64,000 nt of DNA. Origin: Candidatus Poribacteria bacterium. GTDB lineage: Bacteria; Poribacteria; WGA-4E; WGA-3G. This document shows, piece by piece, positions 8,759 to 19,870 of the stretch. A program made the position numbers and the translations under genes. The notes beneath the pieces were generated by a model, which was not told the origin of the DNA, ran no database searches, and saw only the letters and a list, made by a program, of their open reading frames with translations. The DNA lies in the NCBI GenBank assembly GCA_965204285.1, contig CBDBEI010000008.1, positions 42,994 to 106,993 on the forward strand, written 5' to 3'. The first letter of the stretch is position 1. Each line of letters begins with the position of its first letter.

Positions 8759-10771
8759 TTATCGTAATAAAACTTCAGGTTGCAGATAAGGTGTCATATC
8801 CCAGAGCAGGATGGTGCCATCATAACTACTACTTGCCAGAAGTGTGCCATCCTTTGAAAAAGCGAGGTTTTGCACATCTGAGGTATGTCCCCAGAAGGTA
8901 TGGATGTTTTCCCCAGTGGCTACCTCCCATAAACGGATAGAAACCTTGTCCGTTTCTCTCCACCAAGAACCGGAGGCAAGATACCGACCACATGGAGAAA
9001 ACACCACGACACCAATATGGGAGCAACTCTCAGGTAGAATCATCCCCATGTGCGGCTCCAAAGTTGCAGCATCCCACAGATGAACCCCACCGCGTAATCC
9101 ACCAGCCAACAGAGTGCCACAAGGTGAAAATGTAATTGAATGGAAATGCTTTGAAGATTTGTAACGTGGCTTGATTTGTCTCTGGATTTGTCGCATATCT
9201 CCTTTATATAGGGCAACAAAGGTGGAGTCTACAGCAGGTGAGCCAAGCTGTTCACCACTCGTAACGTCCCAAAGAAATATACTATACCCATCAGCAGTAA
9301 CGAATTGCTTTCCGTTGGGGTGAAAGGCTGCTGTCCGAAGCGGCTCTGCATGCCCTATAAATGCATGCTGCTTTTCCCAACTTTGGACACGCCACACAAT
9401 AAGCTTTCCATCTATATCACCGCTGATGAGGTGTTCCCCTGATGGTGAAAACACCACGGTGGTGATAAAACTTTGGTGTCCGGTGAGTTCTGCTATTCGG
9501 ATTCCGGACATAATGTTCCAGACTTCAAGCGTTTGACCGCCTTCTCCGATGAGAGCCAACAATTCTTCACAAGGGGACAGTGCACACTTTTTACCCCCGC
9601 TCCTTTGTGGGATCGGGGGAGGTACCACCTGTTTCTGGACAACATCCCAGAAAACGGTATCTGCATACCAGTGTTGGCAAACCAGCATCTTGCCCGTTTG
9701 ATAAAAACGCAGAGATTCTGGCACCTGATTAGGCACTGTGAGCGGTGCTACTATGGCAGGGGAGCCTGCACGCCACACCCGGATATCGCTGTTGGTGAGA
9801 ATTGCGAACTGCTGCCCATCAGTCGAGATACATTGTTCTATTCTACATTTTCCTTGATATTCAATGGTGTCAAGTTTTTCACCCCGGGACGCATCCCACA
9901 TCACTACCTTGTCTTCATAAATATCTGCCACCCGTAATGCACCATCAGGGGAATAGGCGAGAATCACCCGAGTTCCGCCGTAGTCTGTGTAAGTGGTTTC
10001 TAAGGTCTCTTTATCAATATTCCACACTTGCACCTCAATGTTCTCACCTGTCGTTGGATCTTGAATACTCGCAGCAAGAAACTGGCTACAGGATGAAAAG
10101 GCGAGATCATACACATGTTCTGATTCGCGCAGATCACGCTCTGGCTTTAGATAAGCGAAGCATTCTTTCGTTTTTAGGTTTCGGACAGTAAGGGTGCTTG
10201 AGCCAGTAGAATAAGCGAGCAGCTGTCCATCCGGTGAAAAGCAGAGCGGAAAACGAGTCGGATACTTTTCACCTTCCTTCAGTGTGACTCTCACTTTGAA
10301 AGTTGCGACATGTTGTCCGGTTTTTGTGCACCAGACGTAAACGTCACGGTATCCGTTGCCAGATGCAGCAATGTATCGACTATCCGGTGAAAAGGCAAGT
10401 CGGGATGTGCCGCCGTGCCAGCCTTGTATCTTCGCGACACGCTGCTGGGTCTCTATTTCTCGCACCTTGATGATGCCATCCCCGTTGCTGGTGGCAACCC
10501 ATTTTCCATCGGGTGAAAAGACTACGTTAGAAAGCATGCCTCGTTCGGTTTCCAATAAGGCAACGGACTGCATAGTCTCGAGTTCATACATCCATACCCC
10601 GACGCGCGTTGCAACAGCGAGAGACGCGTTATCCGATGAAAACGCTATGTCAAATACGAGTCCTTGTCCTAATCGGGCAATTGCGCCATCAGGAAGTTCC
10701 CAGGTCGTCACATCGCTGTTTGTCTGGGTAGATTGTGTGGTTGTCTGTAATCGTCGATTTTCCATTTTCAA
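8759..10771 (-). CDS. WD40-repeat protein, subfamily B (670 aa)
   Basis: WD40 motifs; near-identical to 28589..30574; usual TAG after PYL mutated, adding QPEVLLR. Confidence 0.93.
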   Translation of the reverse strand: MKMENRRLQTTTQSTQTNSDVTTWELPDGAIARLGQGLVFDIAFSSDNASLAVATRVGVWMYELETMQSVALLETERGMLSNVVFSPDGKWVATSNGDGIIKVREIETQQRVAKIQGWHGGTSRLAFSPDSRYIAASGNGYRDVYVWCTKTGQHVATFKVRVTLKEGEKYPTRFPLCFSPDGQLLAYSTGSSTLTVRNLKTKECFAYLKPERDLRESEHVYDLAFSSCSQFLAASIQDPTTGENIEVQVWNIDKETLETTYTDYGGTRVILAYSPDGALRVADIYEDKVVMWDASRGEKLDTIEYQGKCRIEQCISTDGQQFAILTNSDIRVWRAGSPAIVAPLTVPNQVPESLRFYQTGKMLVCQHWYADTVFWDVVQKQVVPPPIPQRSGGKKCALSPCEELLALIGEGGQTLEVWNIMSGIRIAELTGHQSFITTVVFSPSGEHLISGDIDGKLIVWRVQSWEKQHAFIGHAEPLRTAAFHPNGKQFVTADGYSIFLWDVTSGEQLGSPAVDSTFVALYKGDMRQIQRQIKPRYKSSKHFHSITFSPCGTLLAGGLRGGVHLWDAATLEPHMGMILPESCSHIGVVVFSPCGRYLASGSWWRETDKVSIRLWEVATGENIHTFWGHTSDVQNLAFSKDGTLLASSSYDGTILLWDMTPYLQPEVLLR

Positions 10772-10891
10772 CTACCCAAGCCTAAAGGCATTGGGATTGT
10801 TAAGAGTGTCAAACAGTGCTAACTGAATGGCTTTCTTATGCTTCGTAGCCTTTGTTGCTTCGTTAGTCAAATCTTTTTATATAACATATTT

Positions 10892-10918
10892 GTAGGGGCT
10901 GGGTTATCCAGCCCCTAC
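10892..10918. repeat. GTAG-type REP-like palindrome
   Basis: gtaggggctgg-gttat-ccagcccctac. Confidence 0.6.
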
Positions 10919-10985
10919 GTTCCGTGCCGCATGTGCAAATAATCATGGGTTTTACTATAAAACATGCAGATTTGACGAAAAAGTA

Positions 10986-11429
10986 TTAATTGGTACACCC
11001 AGAACCAGTACCATTGCAATGATATCTGCCGTCGCCGACGACGTTATTACAAAAGCTAATCTCTTCATTACATTTAATTCCATCGTCGGGGCCACAATCT
11101 CCGCCGTCCCCATTGCAACTTGGTTTACAAATTTTTACTTCTGGACCATCACACTCCGTGGTGCCACAAAGATTGCATTTAACGTTATTAGCGCATGCAC
11201 AATCAACATTTCCACTAGATTCAGATACTGTAGTGGTTTCAGCGACTAAAGTTGTCGCGCCGCCACAGCAGCTAGTCGCAGTCGTATCTCCGCCGCAACA
11301 TCCTTTCGCTGCCACAGACTCTGAGGTATCCCAACTGCCTGTCAGCAAGAAAATACAGCCACCCACAAACAACAAAGCGATCGCTAAGTTACCAATTGTA
11401 TTCTGGTGTGTTCTCAACATTTTACTCAT
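10986..11429 (-). CDS. Exported Cys-rich peptide, copy 4 (147 aa)
   Basis: Conserved leader; 12-Cys domain with divergent loops; third CC motif absent. Confidence 0.85.
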   Translation of the reverse strand: MSKMLRTHQNTIGNLAIALLFVGGCIFLLTGSWDTSESVAAKGCCGGDTTATSCCGGATTLVAETTTVSESSGNVDCACANNVKCNLCGTTECDGPEVKICKPSCNGDGGDCGPDDGIKCNEEISFCNNVVGDGRYHCNGTGSGCTN

Positions 11430-11573
11430 TATTCGTTCCTTTCCCATATTATAGGGTTTGTAAATACAAAAGTTATACAAAGTTTCAGCTAAAACATAAA
11501 AAACTTTACCCTTCCACACGCCTTTTGCGAGAAGACACGCGGAAAGATATAGGATCAAGTTTCTATGTAATAA

Positions 11574-11602
11574 ATGATACTTGAACATCTTATTTTTGTC
11601 AA
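11574..11602 (-). promoter_or_regulatory. sigma70-type promoter of cassette 4
   Basis: TTGACA-17-TATCAT. Confidence 0.75.
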
Positions 11603-11642
11603 GTACTTTGTAGAAAATATAGACAGAAGGATCAACAAGTCG

Positions 11643-11792
11643 AGCGTATCTCATAAATCATTTGTAGGGGGAAGTCTCTGTGCCTCGCCATGTCTCATAA
11701 ATGGAAACAACGGACAGGCACAGAGATCCGCCCCTACGATATAGTTGGATTTTCTAAAAGGGAACCGTATTTAACGATTTATGAGATAGACT
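11643..11792. mobile_element. ~150-bp MITE-like insertion in the conserved spacer
   Basis: Absent from the homologous spacer near 4480; ends tatctcataaatc / gatttatgagata; internal gtaggggg...cccctac REP-like arms. Confidence 0.7.
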
Positions 11793-11841
11793 GTAGTATT
11801 GGAGAGATGAATACTCGTGGTTATCGTAATAAAACTTCAGG

Positions 11842-14031
11842 CTACAGATAAGGTGTTATATCCCATAGCAAAATAGTGCCATCATAACTACCACTTGCCA
11901 GAAGTGTACCATCTGGGGAAAACGCGAGTCCATCAATATCTGTAGGGTGTGCCCAGAAGGTATGTATATTTTCACCTGTTGCGATTTCCCATAACCGGAT
12001 AGACATTTTGGTTTGTCCCTGTTGCCACCACGCACCTGTAGCCAGATACTTGCTGCAAGGAGAAAACGCCAGTATGTAAGATTTCTGGCAGCCCAGAGGG
12101 AGCATTATCACCATTTGGGTTTGGAGGGTAGCGGCATCCCATATTCTAATCTCACCAAACATTGCTCCAGCAATCCAGGTGCCGCAAGGGGATGTCTCAA
12201 GCCCACGGATACGCCGAGAGGACGTTTCCTGTTGGTCATGGACACGTTGGATATTTTCTCGTTCACCTCTATAAAGGGTCGTATCTAAACATATTTCTGT
12301 GGGAAGTGAACCCACTTGTTCACCACTTTTGAGATCCCAGACATAGACATCTTCTTCGTATCCAGCAGTGATGAAGTGCTTGCCGTTCGGATGAAACCTC
12401 AAAGGTGTCCCAAACTTAAACACTCCCTCTCTCCTGGACCTGTTAAAATTCCTGATGTGAGTTTCATAGATATGTTCCCACTTCAAGGTATCCCACACGC
12501 TAATACTTTCTTTACCGATACCGAGTATAAATTCACTTGTCGGAGAAAACATTTTCATTTTAAACCCTTTCTCCAATAAGTTGTTCTTCTCGGTAAGTTC
12601 TGCCACTTGCGTGTTAGATGCTACACTCCAAACCTTGGCTGGCTTTCCCTTCATGCTACTCACAAGATATTCCGATGTTGGAGAAAACGCCAGCCAGCAC
12701 ACTTGCCCTGAAGATTCAAGAAACTCTGCGACTTGCGTGTTTGACGCTACATTCCAAACGCTAATGGGACTGTCCATTCCGGCAGTAGATATCAGTTCCG
12801 CATCAAGCGACATCGTGAAAGTCATTTCCGGATGTGGTGCGTATTCATCTGATTTTGGTGGAAATGTCCGTGTTATCTGCCGCTGTGAAACATCCCAAGC
12901 AAGGAACCCGACGCTTTTCCAGTATCCACAGAAAAGTGTCTGACTGTCCTTAGAAAAAACCAGTGTGCTGGGGAACCTTTGGACTGGGTCAGGATGCAGA
13001 TGGTCGGGCAGGGACACGACTTTTGAGGGGGAACCTTCCTGCCACACCTGAATATCATCGTATCTACTCGCGATTGCGAACTTTCTACCATCTACTGAAA
13101 AGCACGCTGCCCAGAAGGTCCCTCCCGAATATGCAATGGCATCTACCTTCTCCTGCAACTTCGTATCCCAGATAACCATCTCTTTTGGATGACGCGCAGC
13201 AACCCGTAATGTGCCATCAGATAGGTAGGTCGGCAGTACCCGAGTGCTCTGATGATAAGTTGTCGGTTCCATCGTAAAGTTCCCGCTTTGGATATTCCAG
13301 ACATGAACCGTGTCCTTTTTATTACAACCCGCAAGGAACTCTCCACAAGGTGAAAAAACTAAGTTGGTGGTCCCTAAAATAGGACCTTTGGTATATGTGT
13401 CATCGGTATATGTGTCAGTAAATTTCGCTATGATCTCCCCCGTCTCCATGTGCATCACAGATGTCATATTGTAGTCGGACGTATACGCAAATAAATTACC
13501 ATTAATGGAAAAAGCGGTTGAGACTGCAGAGTATACCTGTGGTTTCAGCATAAAATCTAAGTTTATGATAGGCGTAGTTGTGTTCGAGTGCCAGTTGTAA
13601 ACAACTGTCCATGCAGAAGTTTGTGTACTACCAACCAGAGCTAAGTGCTGCCCATCTGATGAAAAATCTACATATGTATTAGGATGCCAAGGTGGTTCTA
13701 TTTGGGAAATGCAGCGTAAGGTTTGTGTGTCCCATATCTTCACGATGCCGTCCCAGTTGGTGGTAGCAATCCACTTCCCATTATGAGAAAAGGAGATGGC
13801 AGAAACCATCCCCCGTTCTGTTGCCCATAAGGCACTCGGCGTCAGCGTATCAAGGTCATACAACCAACACCCGATGTCTGTCGCAACAACAAGAGAATCA
13901 CCATCAGGTGAAAATGTTAGACCACCACGGTTACGACCGCGTCCTAAACGTGCAATCGCACCCTCAGGGAGAGACCAAGTGGTAATATCTGGATGTGTTT
14001 CATACATATTTGTCTGTCTAAGCGAAGGCAC
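11842..14031 (-). CDS. WD40-repeat protein, subfamily A (729 aa)
   Basis: WD40 motifs; paralog of the other A copies. Confidence 0.93.
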   Translation of the reverse strand: MPSLRQTNMYETHPDITTWSLPEGAIARLGRGRNRGGLTFSPDGDSLVVATDIGCWLYDLDTLTPSALWATERGMVSAISFSHNGKWIATTNWDGIVKIWDTQTLRCISQIEPPWHPNTYVDFSSDGQHLALVGSTQTSAWTVVYNWHSNTTTPIINLDFMLKPQVYSAVSTAFSINGNLFAYTSDYNMTSVMHMETGEIIAKFTDTYTDDTYTKGPILGTTNLVFSPCGEFLAGCNKKDTVHVWNIQSGNFTMEPTTYHQSTRVLPTYLSDGTLRVAARHPKEMVIWDTKLQEKVDAIAYSGGTFWAACFSVDGRKFAIASRYDDIQVWQEGSPSKVVSLPDHLHPDPVQRFPSTLVFSKDSQTLFCGYWKSVGFLAWDVSQRQITRTFPPKSDEYAPHPEMTFTMSLDAELISTAGMDSPISVWNVASNTQVAEFLESSGQVCWLAFSPTSEYLVSSMKGKPAKVWSVASNTQVAELTEKNNLLEKGFKMKMFSPTSEFILGIGKESISVWDTLKWEHIYETHIRNFNRSRREGVFKFGTPLRFHPNGKHFITAGYEEDVYVWDLKSGEQVGSLPTEICLDTTLYRGERENIQRVHDQQETSSRRIRGLETSPCGTWIAGAMFGEIRIWDAATLQTQMVIMLPLGCQKSYILAFSPCSKYLATGAWWQQGQTKMSIRLWEIATGENIHTFWAHPTDIDGLAFSPDGTLLASGSYDGTILLWDITPYL

Positions 14032-14039
14032 TTTACATA

Positions 14040-14492
14040 TCAGTCCTTGCTACACCCGTCTTCATCACCACTGCAGCCAGCCTTGTTGGTTTCATTATTA
14101 CAAACGCTAGAAAAATCTTTCTCATTACAATGCTTTTTCTCGGGACCACAATTCAGACCTGCGCAAGTGCCAGAACATTCTTGCAAGGTTGTATCATTAC
14201 CACAATTACTGGAACCACAAGCATTGCAGTCGGCTTCTGTATTACCAGGGTCAAGACAGTCACACTTTGAACTACCGGAGTCAGATACTTGATTGGCACT
14301 GCCACAACAGCCGCCAGTGGTTGTTGCCGTTAAGGTTGTCGCTGTCGCACCTCCTCCGCAGCAACTACTCGCAGCTACGGTCTCTGGGGAATTCCAACTA
14401 CCTGTTAAAATAAAAACACAGCCGCCAAGAAGTAGCAAAGCAATCGCTAAGTTTCCGATTGTGTTCTGATGTGTTCTCAACATTTTACTCAT
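14040..14492 (-). CDS. Exported Cys-rich peptide, copy 5 (150 aa)
   Basis: Variant leader (LLLLGGCVFILTGSWNSPETVAASSCC); 12-Cys domain. Confidence 0.85.
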   Translation of the reverse strand: MSKMLRTHQNTIGNLAIALLLLGGCVFILTGSWNSPETVAASSCCGGGATATTLTATTTGGCCGSANQVSDSGSSKCDCLDPGNTEADCNACGSSNCGNDTTLQECSGTCAGLNCGPEKKHCNEKDFSSVCNNETNKAGCSGDEDGCSKD

Positions 14493-14636
14493 TATTCCTT
14501 CCTTGCCCATATTATAGGGTTTGTAAATACAAAAAGTTATACAAAGTTTCAACTAAAACATAAAACCTTTACCCTTCCACACGCCTTTTGCGAGAAGACA
14601 CGCGGAAAGATATAGGATCAAGTTTCTATGTAATAA

Positions 14637-14665
14637 ATGATACTTGAACATCTTATTTTTGTCAA
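14637..14665 (-). promoter_or_regulatory. sigma70-type promoter of cassette 5
   Basis: TTGACA-17-TATCAT. Confidence 0.75.
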
Positions 14666-14753
14666 GTACTTTGTAGAAAATATGGACGGAAGGATCAAGG
14701 AGGTGGTATTGGAGAGGTGGATACTCATGGCTGCTGTATCATAAAACTTCAGG

Positions 14754-17003
14754 CTACAGATAAGGTGTCATATCCCATAGCAGGATAGTGCCGTCATAAC
14801 TACCACTTGCTAAAATCTTGCCATCCGGTGAAAAAGAAAGCGATAGAATGTCAGTGGGATGTGTCCAGAAGGTATGTATATTTCCGCCTGTAGTGATATT
14901 CCACAACCGTATGGACATTTTTGTTTGTCCCTCTTGCCACCACGCACCTGTAGCCAAATATTTGCTGCAAGGAGAAAACGTCAGTATATAAGACTTCTGG
15001 CAACCCGCAGGGAGTATTATCACCATTTGGGTTTGGAGGGTCGCAGCATCCCATATTCTAATCTCACCAAACATTGCTCCCGCAATCCAGGTGCCGCAAG
15101 GGGATGTTTCAAGCCCACGGACGCGCCGAGAGGACAGTTCCTGTTGTTCACGAACACGCTGGATATCTTTTAGTTCTCCTCTATATAGGGTTGTATCTAA
15201 GCATATTTCTATGGGAAGTGAACCCATTTGTTCACCGCTTTTGATATCCCAGACGAAGGCACCCTCTTTGTATCCAGCAGTGATGAAGTGCTTGCCGTTC
15301 GGATGAAACCTCAAAGGTGTTCCAAACTTAAACACTCCGACAGCACTAGAATACCGTCTAAAATCTATGAGGGAAGATACATAGAGATGTTCCCATTTTG
15401 AGGCATCCCACACACTAACACTTGTATTACCGATACCGAGTATATATGCGCCTGTCGGGGAAAACGCTATCAGCTTATGTCCTTTTGTCATCAGATTATT
15501 CTTCTCAGTAAGTTCTGCGACTTGTGTGTTAGATGCTACATTCCAAACCTTGGCTGGGTTTCCCTTCATGCTACTCACAAGATATTCCGATGTTGGAGAA
15601 AACACCAGCCAACACACTTGCCATGAAGATTCAAGAAACTCTGCGACTTGCGTGTCAGATGCTACATCCCAAACCCTAATGGGACTGTCCTTTCCGTTAG
15701 CAGTTGCTACCAGTTCCGCATTATGCGACATCGTGAAAGTCATATCCGGATGTGGTGCATATTCATCTGATTTTTGTGGAAATGTCCGCACTATCTGCCG
15801 TAGCGAAACATCCCAAGCGAGAAAACCGATGCTTTGCCAGTATCCGCAATAGAGCGTCCGGCTGTCCTTAGAAAAAACCAGGGTGCTCGGGAACTTTTCT
15901 AAAGTGTTTACAGGGTCCGGATGTAGCTGGTCAGGAATAGATACGACTTTTGAAGGAGAACCTTCATGCCACACCTGAATATCATCGTATCTACTCGCGA
16001 TTGCGAACTTTCTACCATCAACCGAAAAGCAAGCTGTCCAGAAGGTCCCTCCCGAATATGTAAAGGCGTCCACCTTCTCCTGTAGCTTCGTATCCCAGAT
16101 GACCATCTCTTTTGGATAACACACAGCAACCCGTAGGGTGCCATCAGATAGATAGGTCGGCAGCACCCAATCACTCTGATACACTGTCGGCTCTATTTTT
16201 AATGCACCGCTTTGGACATGCCAAGCGTGAACCGTGTCTTTCCTATTACACCCCGCAAGGAACTCACCACAAGGTGAAAAAACTAATCTGGAGCACCCCG
16301 CGAAAGGTTCATCGGTATATGTGTCCGGCAGTTCAGCGATGACCTCCCCACTTTCTACATCCATCACAGATGTTATATTGTAGTCAGACTTGTACGCAAA
16401 GAAAGAGCCATCCGGGGAAAATGCTGCTGAGGGTATATGGAACACCCCATGCTTTCGTATAAAAGCGAAGTCTATATTCTCTGTTGAGGGTATATTTGAC
16501 ACACGATATTTTTGTGTAAAAGCGAAGTTTAGGACTGGCGTAGTCGTGTTCGAACGCCAGTTGTAAACAACAGTCCATATACCATGAGCCATAGCTAACT
16601 GCTGCCCATCTGGCGAAAAATTGAGATGGGTAACATTCTCAGGCTGGCGCAGTTCTATTTGGGTAACACATTGTAAAGTGTCTGCGTCCCATACCTTCAC
16701 GATATTATCCCAGTTGCAGGTAGCAATCCACTGGGCATCAGGCGAAAAAGAAATGGCGGAAAACATCCCTCGTTCTGTTGCCCACAACGCACGTGGCGTT
16801 AGCGTATCAAGGTTATACCACCAACACCCGATGTCTGTCGCAACAACAAGAGAATCACCATCAGGTGAAAACGTGAGCCCCCCACGGATACGACCGTGAC
16901 CTAAGCGGGTCGTCGCACCCTCGGGAAGTGCCCACGCCCTCACATCTGGACCCTCAGTCTGTACCATGTGTTTCATACAGGTCTTGTTCGTTAATTGGAA
17001 CAT
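14754..17003 (-). CDS. WD40-repeat protein, subfamily A (~740-749 aa)
   Basis: WD40 motifs; internal duplication NFAFTQK.../DFAFIRK...; exact start uncertain. Confidence 0.92.
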   Translation of the reverse strand: MFQLTNKTCMKHMVQTEGPDVRAWALPEGATTRLGHGRIRGGLTFSPDGDSLVVATDIGCWWYNLDTLTPRALWATERGMFSAISFSPDAQWIATCNWDNIVKVWDADTLQCVTQIELRQPENVTHLNFSPDGQQLAMAHGIWTVVYNWRSNTTTPVLNFAFTQKYRVSNIPSTENIDFAFIRKHGVFHIPSAAFSPDGSFFAYKSDYNITSVMDVESGEVIAELPDTYTDEPFAGCSRLVFSPCGEFLAGCNRKDTVHAWHVQSGALKIEPTVYQSDWVLPTYLSDGTLRVAVCYPKEMVIWDTKLQEKVDAFTYSGGTFWTACFSVDGRKFAIASRYDDIQVWHEGSPSKVVSIPDQLHPDPVNTLEKFPSTLVFSKDSRTLYCGYWQSIGFLAWDVSLRQIVRTFPQKSDEYAPHPDMTFTMSHNAELVATANGKDSPIRVWDVASDTQVAEFLESSWQVCWLVFSPTSEYLVSSMKGNPAKVWNVASNTQVAELTEKNNLMTKGHKLIAFSPTGAYILGIGNTSVSVWDASKWEHLYVSSLIDFRRYSSAVGVFKFGTPLRFHPNGKHFITAGYKEGAFVWDIKSGEQMGSLPIEICLDTTLYRGELKDIQRVREQQELSSRRVRGLETSPCGTWIAGAMFGEIRIWDAATLQTQMVIILPAGCQKSYILTFSPCSKYLATGAWWQEGQTKMSIRLWNITTGGNIHTFWTHPTDILSLSFSPDGKILASGSYDGTILLWDMTPYL

Positions 17004-17591
17004 CCGTCCTCATCACCAGAGCAAAAATCCGTATTTCCATTTTCACAAACGATAATAACTGTATTACACTTAGTTCCCATGGGGCCACAATTCGGGTCCT
17101 CAGTACAAGCACCCGCACAAGTTTTATTCTCTGTATCGTCACACTTGCCATTAGCACAATCACCGCAGTCAGCATCTTCATTAGTAGAGTCAAGACAATT
17201 ACAATTGCTATTACCAGAGCCAGATAATTGATTGGTGCTGCCACAACAACCACCCGTGGTTGCAGCGACTAAAGTTGTCCCACCACCACAGCATCCTTTT
17301 GCTGCCTCAGACACTGAGGCATCCCAACTGCCGGTCAGCAGGAAAATACAGCCACCCACAAACAGCAAAGCAATCACTAAGTTAACGTGAGTTTGATAAA
17401 TAGTTAGGACTTCCACATTTCCTCTTAAAATCCCCCTGATAAGGGGAATTTAAGGGTTTAAAAACACCAAAATAACGAATTTTTTAAGTAAATATGCCCG
17501 TTCTCTGTTCAATTTACCTCTGTCCTGTTAATTATCAAACTCACGTTAAGTTTCCAATTGTGTTCTGATGTGTTCTCAACATTTTACTCAT
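16991..17591 (-). pseudogene. Cys-rich peptide copy 6, interrupted by a MITE
   Basis: ATG at 17591 and body 16991..17384 are separated by a 162-bp insertion at the GNL codons. Confidence 0.85.
17385..17546. mobile_element. 162-bp MITE (ACG-terminal TIRs)
   Basis: TIRs acgtgagtttgataa / ttatcaaactcacgt; target duplication taagtta / taagttt. Confidence 0.85.
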
Positions 17592-17736
17592 TATTCGTTC
17601 CTTTCCCATATTATAGGGTTTGTAAATACAAAAAGTTATACAAAGTTTCAGCTAAAACATAAAAAACTTTACCCTTCCACACGCCTTTTGCGAGAAGACA
17701 CGCGGAAAGATATAGGATCAAGTTTCTATGTAATAA

Positions 17737-17765
17737 ATGATACTTGAACATCTTATTTTTGTCAA
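17737..17765 (-). promoter_or_regulatory. sigma70-type promoter of cassette 6
   Basis: TTGACA-17-TATCAT. Confidence 0.75.
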
Positions 17766-17852
17766 GTACTTTGTAGAAAATATGGACGGAAGGATCAAGA
17801 GGTGGTATTGGAAAGATCGATACTCATGGCTGCTGTATCATAAAACTTCAGG

Positions 17853-19835
17853 CTACAGATAAGGTGTTATATCCCAGAGCAGGATGGTGCCATCATAACT
17901 GCCACTTGCCAGAAGTTCACCATCCTTTGAAAAAGCGAGGTTTTGCACATCTGAGGTATGTCCCCAGAAGGTATGGATGTTTTCCCCAGTGGCTACCTCC
18001 CATAAACGGATAGAAACCTTGTCCGTTTCTCTCCACCAAGAACCGGAAGCAAGATACCGACCACACGGAGAAAATGCCACGACACCAACACGGAAACAAC
18101 TATCAGGGAGAATCATCCCCATGCGCGGCTCTAAAGTTGCTGCATCCCATAAACGAATCTCACCCCACAACCCACCAGCGATAAGGGTGCCGCAAGGTGA
18201 AAATTTGACTGAATAAAGCCATCCCATCTTTGACTTTTGTTTATAACGCCGCTGGATTTCCCTCACATCTCCTTTATATAGGGACGCATCTGCTAATGTG
18301 AAATCTACAGAAGGTGATCCAAGATGTTCACCACTCTCAACGTCCTAAAGATCCACAGGGCCATTCCTAACAGATGTAACGAATTGTTTTCCGCTGGGGT
18401 GAAAAGATGCTGACATCATCGCATTTCCACGTCCATTCGCTATGAGTGAATGCTGCTTTTCCCAACGTTGAACACGCCATACAGTAAGTTTTCTATCTAC
18501 ATCTCCACTGACAAGGTGTTCACCCGACGGTGAAAATACCACAGTGGTGATAAGACTTTGGTGTTCGGTGAGTTCTGCTATTCGGATTCCGGACATAATG
18601 TTCCAGACTTCAAGCGTTTGACCGCCTTCTCCGATGAGAGCCAACAATTCTTCACAAGGGGACAGCGCACACCTTTTGCCTCTGCTTCTTGGTGGGATCG
18701 GGGGAGGTGTCACCTGTCTTTGTAAAACATCCCAGAAAATGATACGGCCTCTGCCTTCGCCCCAATACTTACTTACCAGCATCTTTCCTGATTGCGAAAA
18801 AAACAGAGAATCAGGTACACTGGAAGGTTCTGGGATTGGTGTTACTGTAGCAGTGTTGTCGGCGCACCACACAACCATTTCTCGTGAAGTGACAATTGCA
18901 AATTGTTGTCCATCATTAGAAAAACATGCTGCCTCGGGAGAGGATTGATATTCAATGATGTCAAGTTTTTCTTCGTGAGATACATTCCACATGACTACCT
19001 TGTCTTTATAGATATCTGCTACCCGCAATGTTCCCTCGGAGGAATAGGCGGGAATCACCCGAGTTCCGCCGTAGTCTGTGTAAGTTGTCTCCAAGGTCTC
19101 TTTATCAATATTCCACACTTGCACCTCAACGTTTTCATGTGTAGATAGATCTTGAATACTTGCAGCAAGAAACTGATTACAGGGTGAAAATGAAAGGCCA
19201 TATACATAACCGTAGCAGGACAAATGGGAAGTTGTAGACATGGACGCGATACGTTCTTTTGTCTCTACGTTTCGGACAGTAAGGGTGAATCTGCCAGAGG
19301 CATAAGCGAGCATCTGTCCATCCGGTGAGAAGCAGAGGGGGTAACGAACAGGAAGCTTTTCATCTTCCTTAGGTTTACGTTCCATCTTGAAACTTGCGAC
19401 GTGTGCACCAGTTTTTGTGCACCAGACATAAACGTCCCCGTATCCGTAGCCAGATGCTGCGATGAATCGACTATCCGGTGAGAATGTAAGTTGAGCAGTT
19501 CCATCATGCCAGCCTTGTATTTTTGCGACACATTTCTGCGTATCTGTCTCTGTCACCGTAATGATGCTATCGGTATTACTGGTGGCAATCCATTTACAAT
19601 CATGTGATAGAGTAACATTATTGATTATGCCTCGTTTGGTATCCAATAGTGTGGTCGGATGTATAGTACCGAGTTCATACATCCATACACCGACACGAGT
19701 CGTCACAGCAAGAGATTCTTTATTCGGAGCAATCGTTATGTCGTTTATAATTCCTCGTCCTAATCTCCCAACTGCCCCTTCGGGAAGTGCCCAAGTTGTT
19801 ATATCGCTGTTTGTCTGTGGTCGTCTATTTTCCAT
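17853..19835 (-). pseudogene. WD40-repeat protein, subfamily B, nonsense mutation
   Basis: ORFs 18345..19835 and 17853..18266 are in frame; TAG at 18345-18347 replaces W of LWDV. Confidence 0.88.
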
Positions 19836-19870
19836 AATAAACCTCCAAATTTATTGTGGCAAGCAATATC

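Noticed and set aside
11430-11654. Long N-terminal extensions in the ORF track (also 30575..30871 and MKLC... starts)
   Set aside because: They run through promoter/leader DNA or a gene remnant; the conserved RBS and homology place the starts at MSK and MENRR
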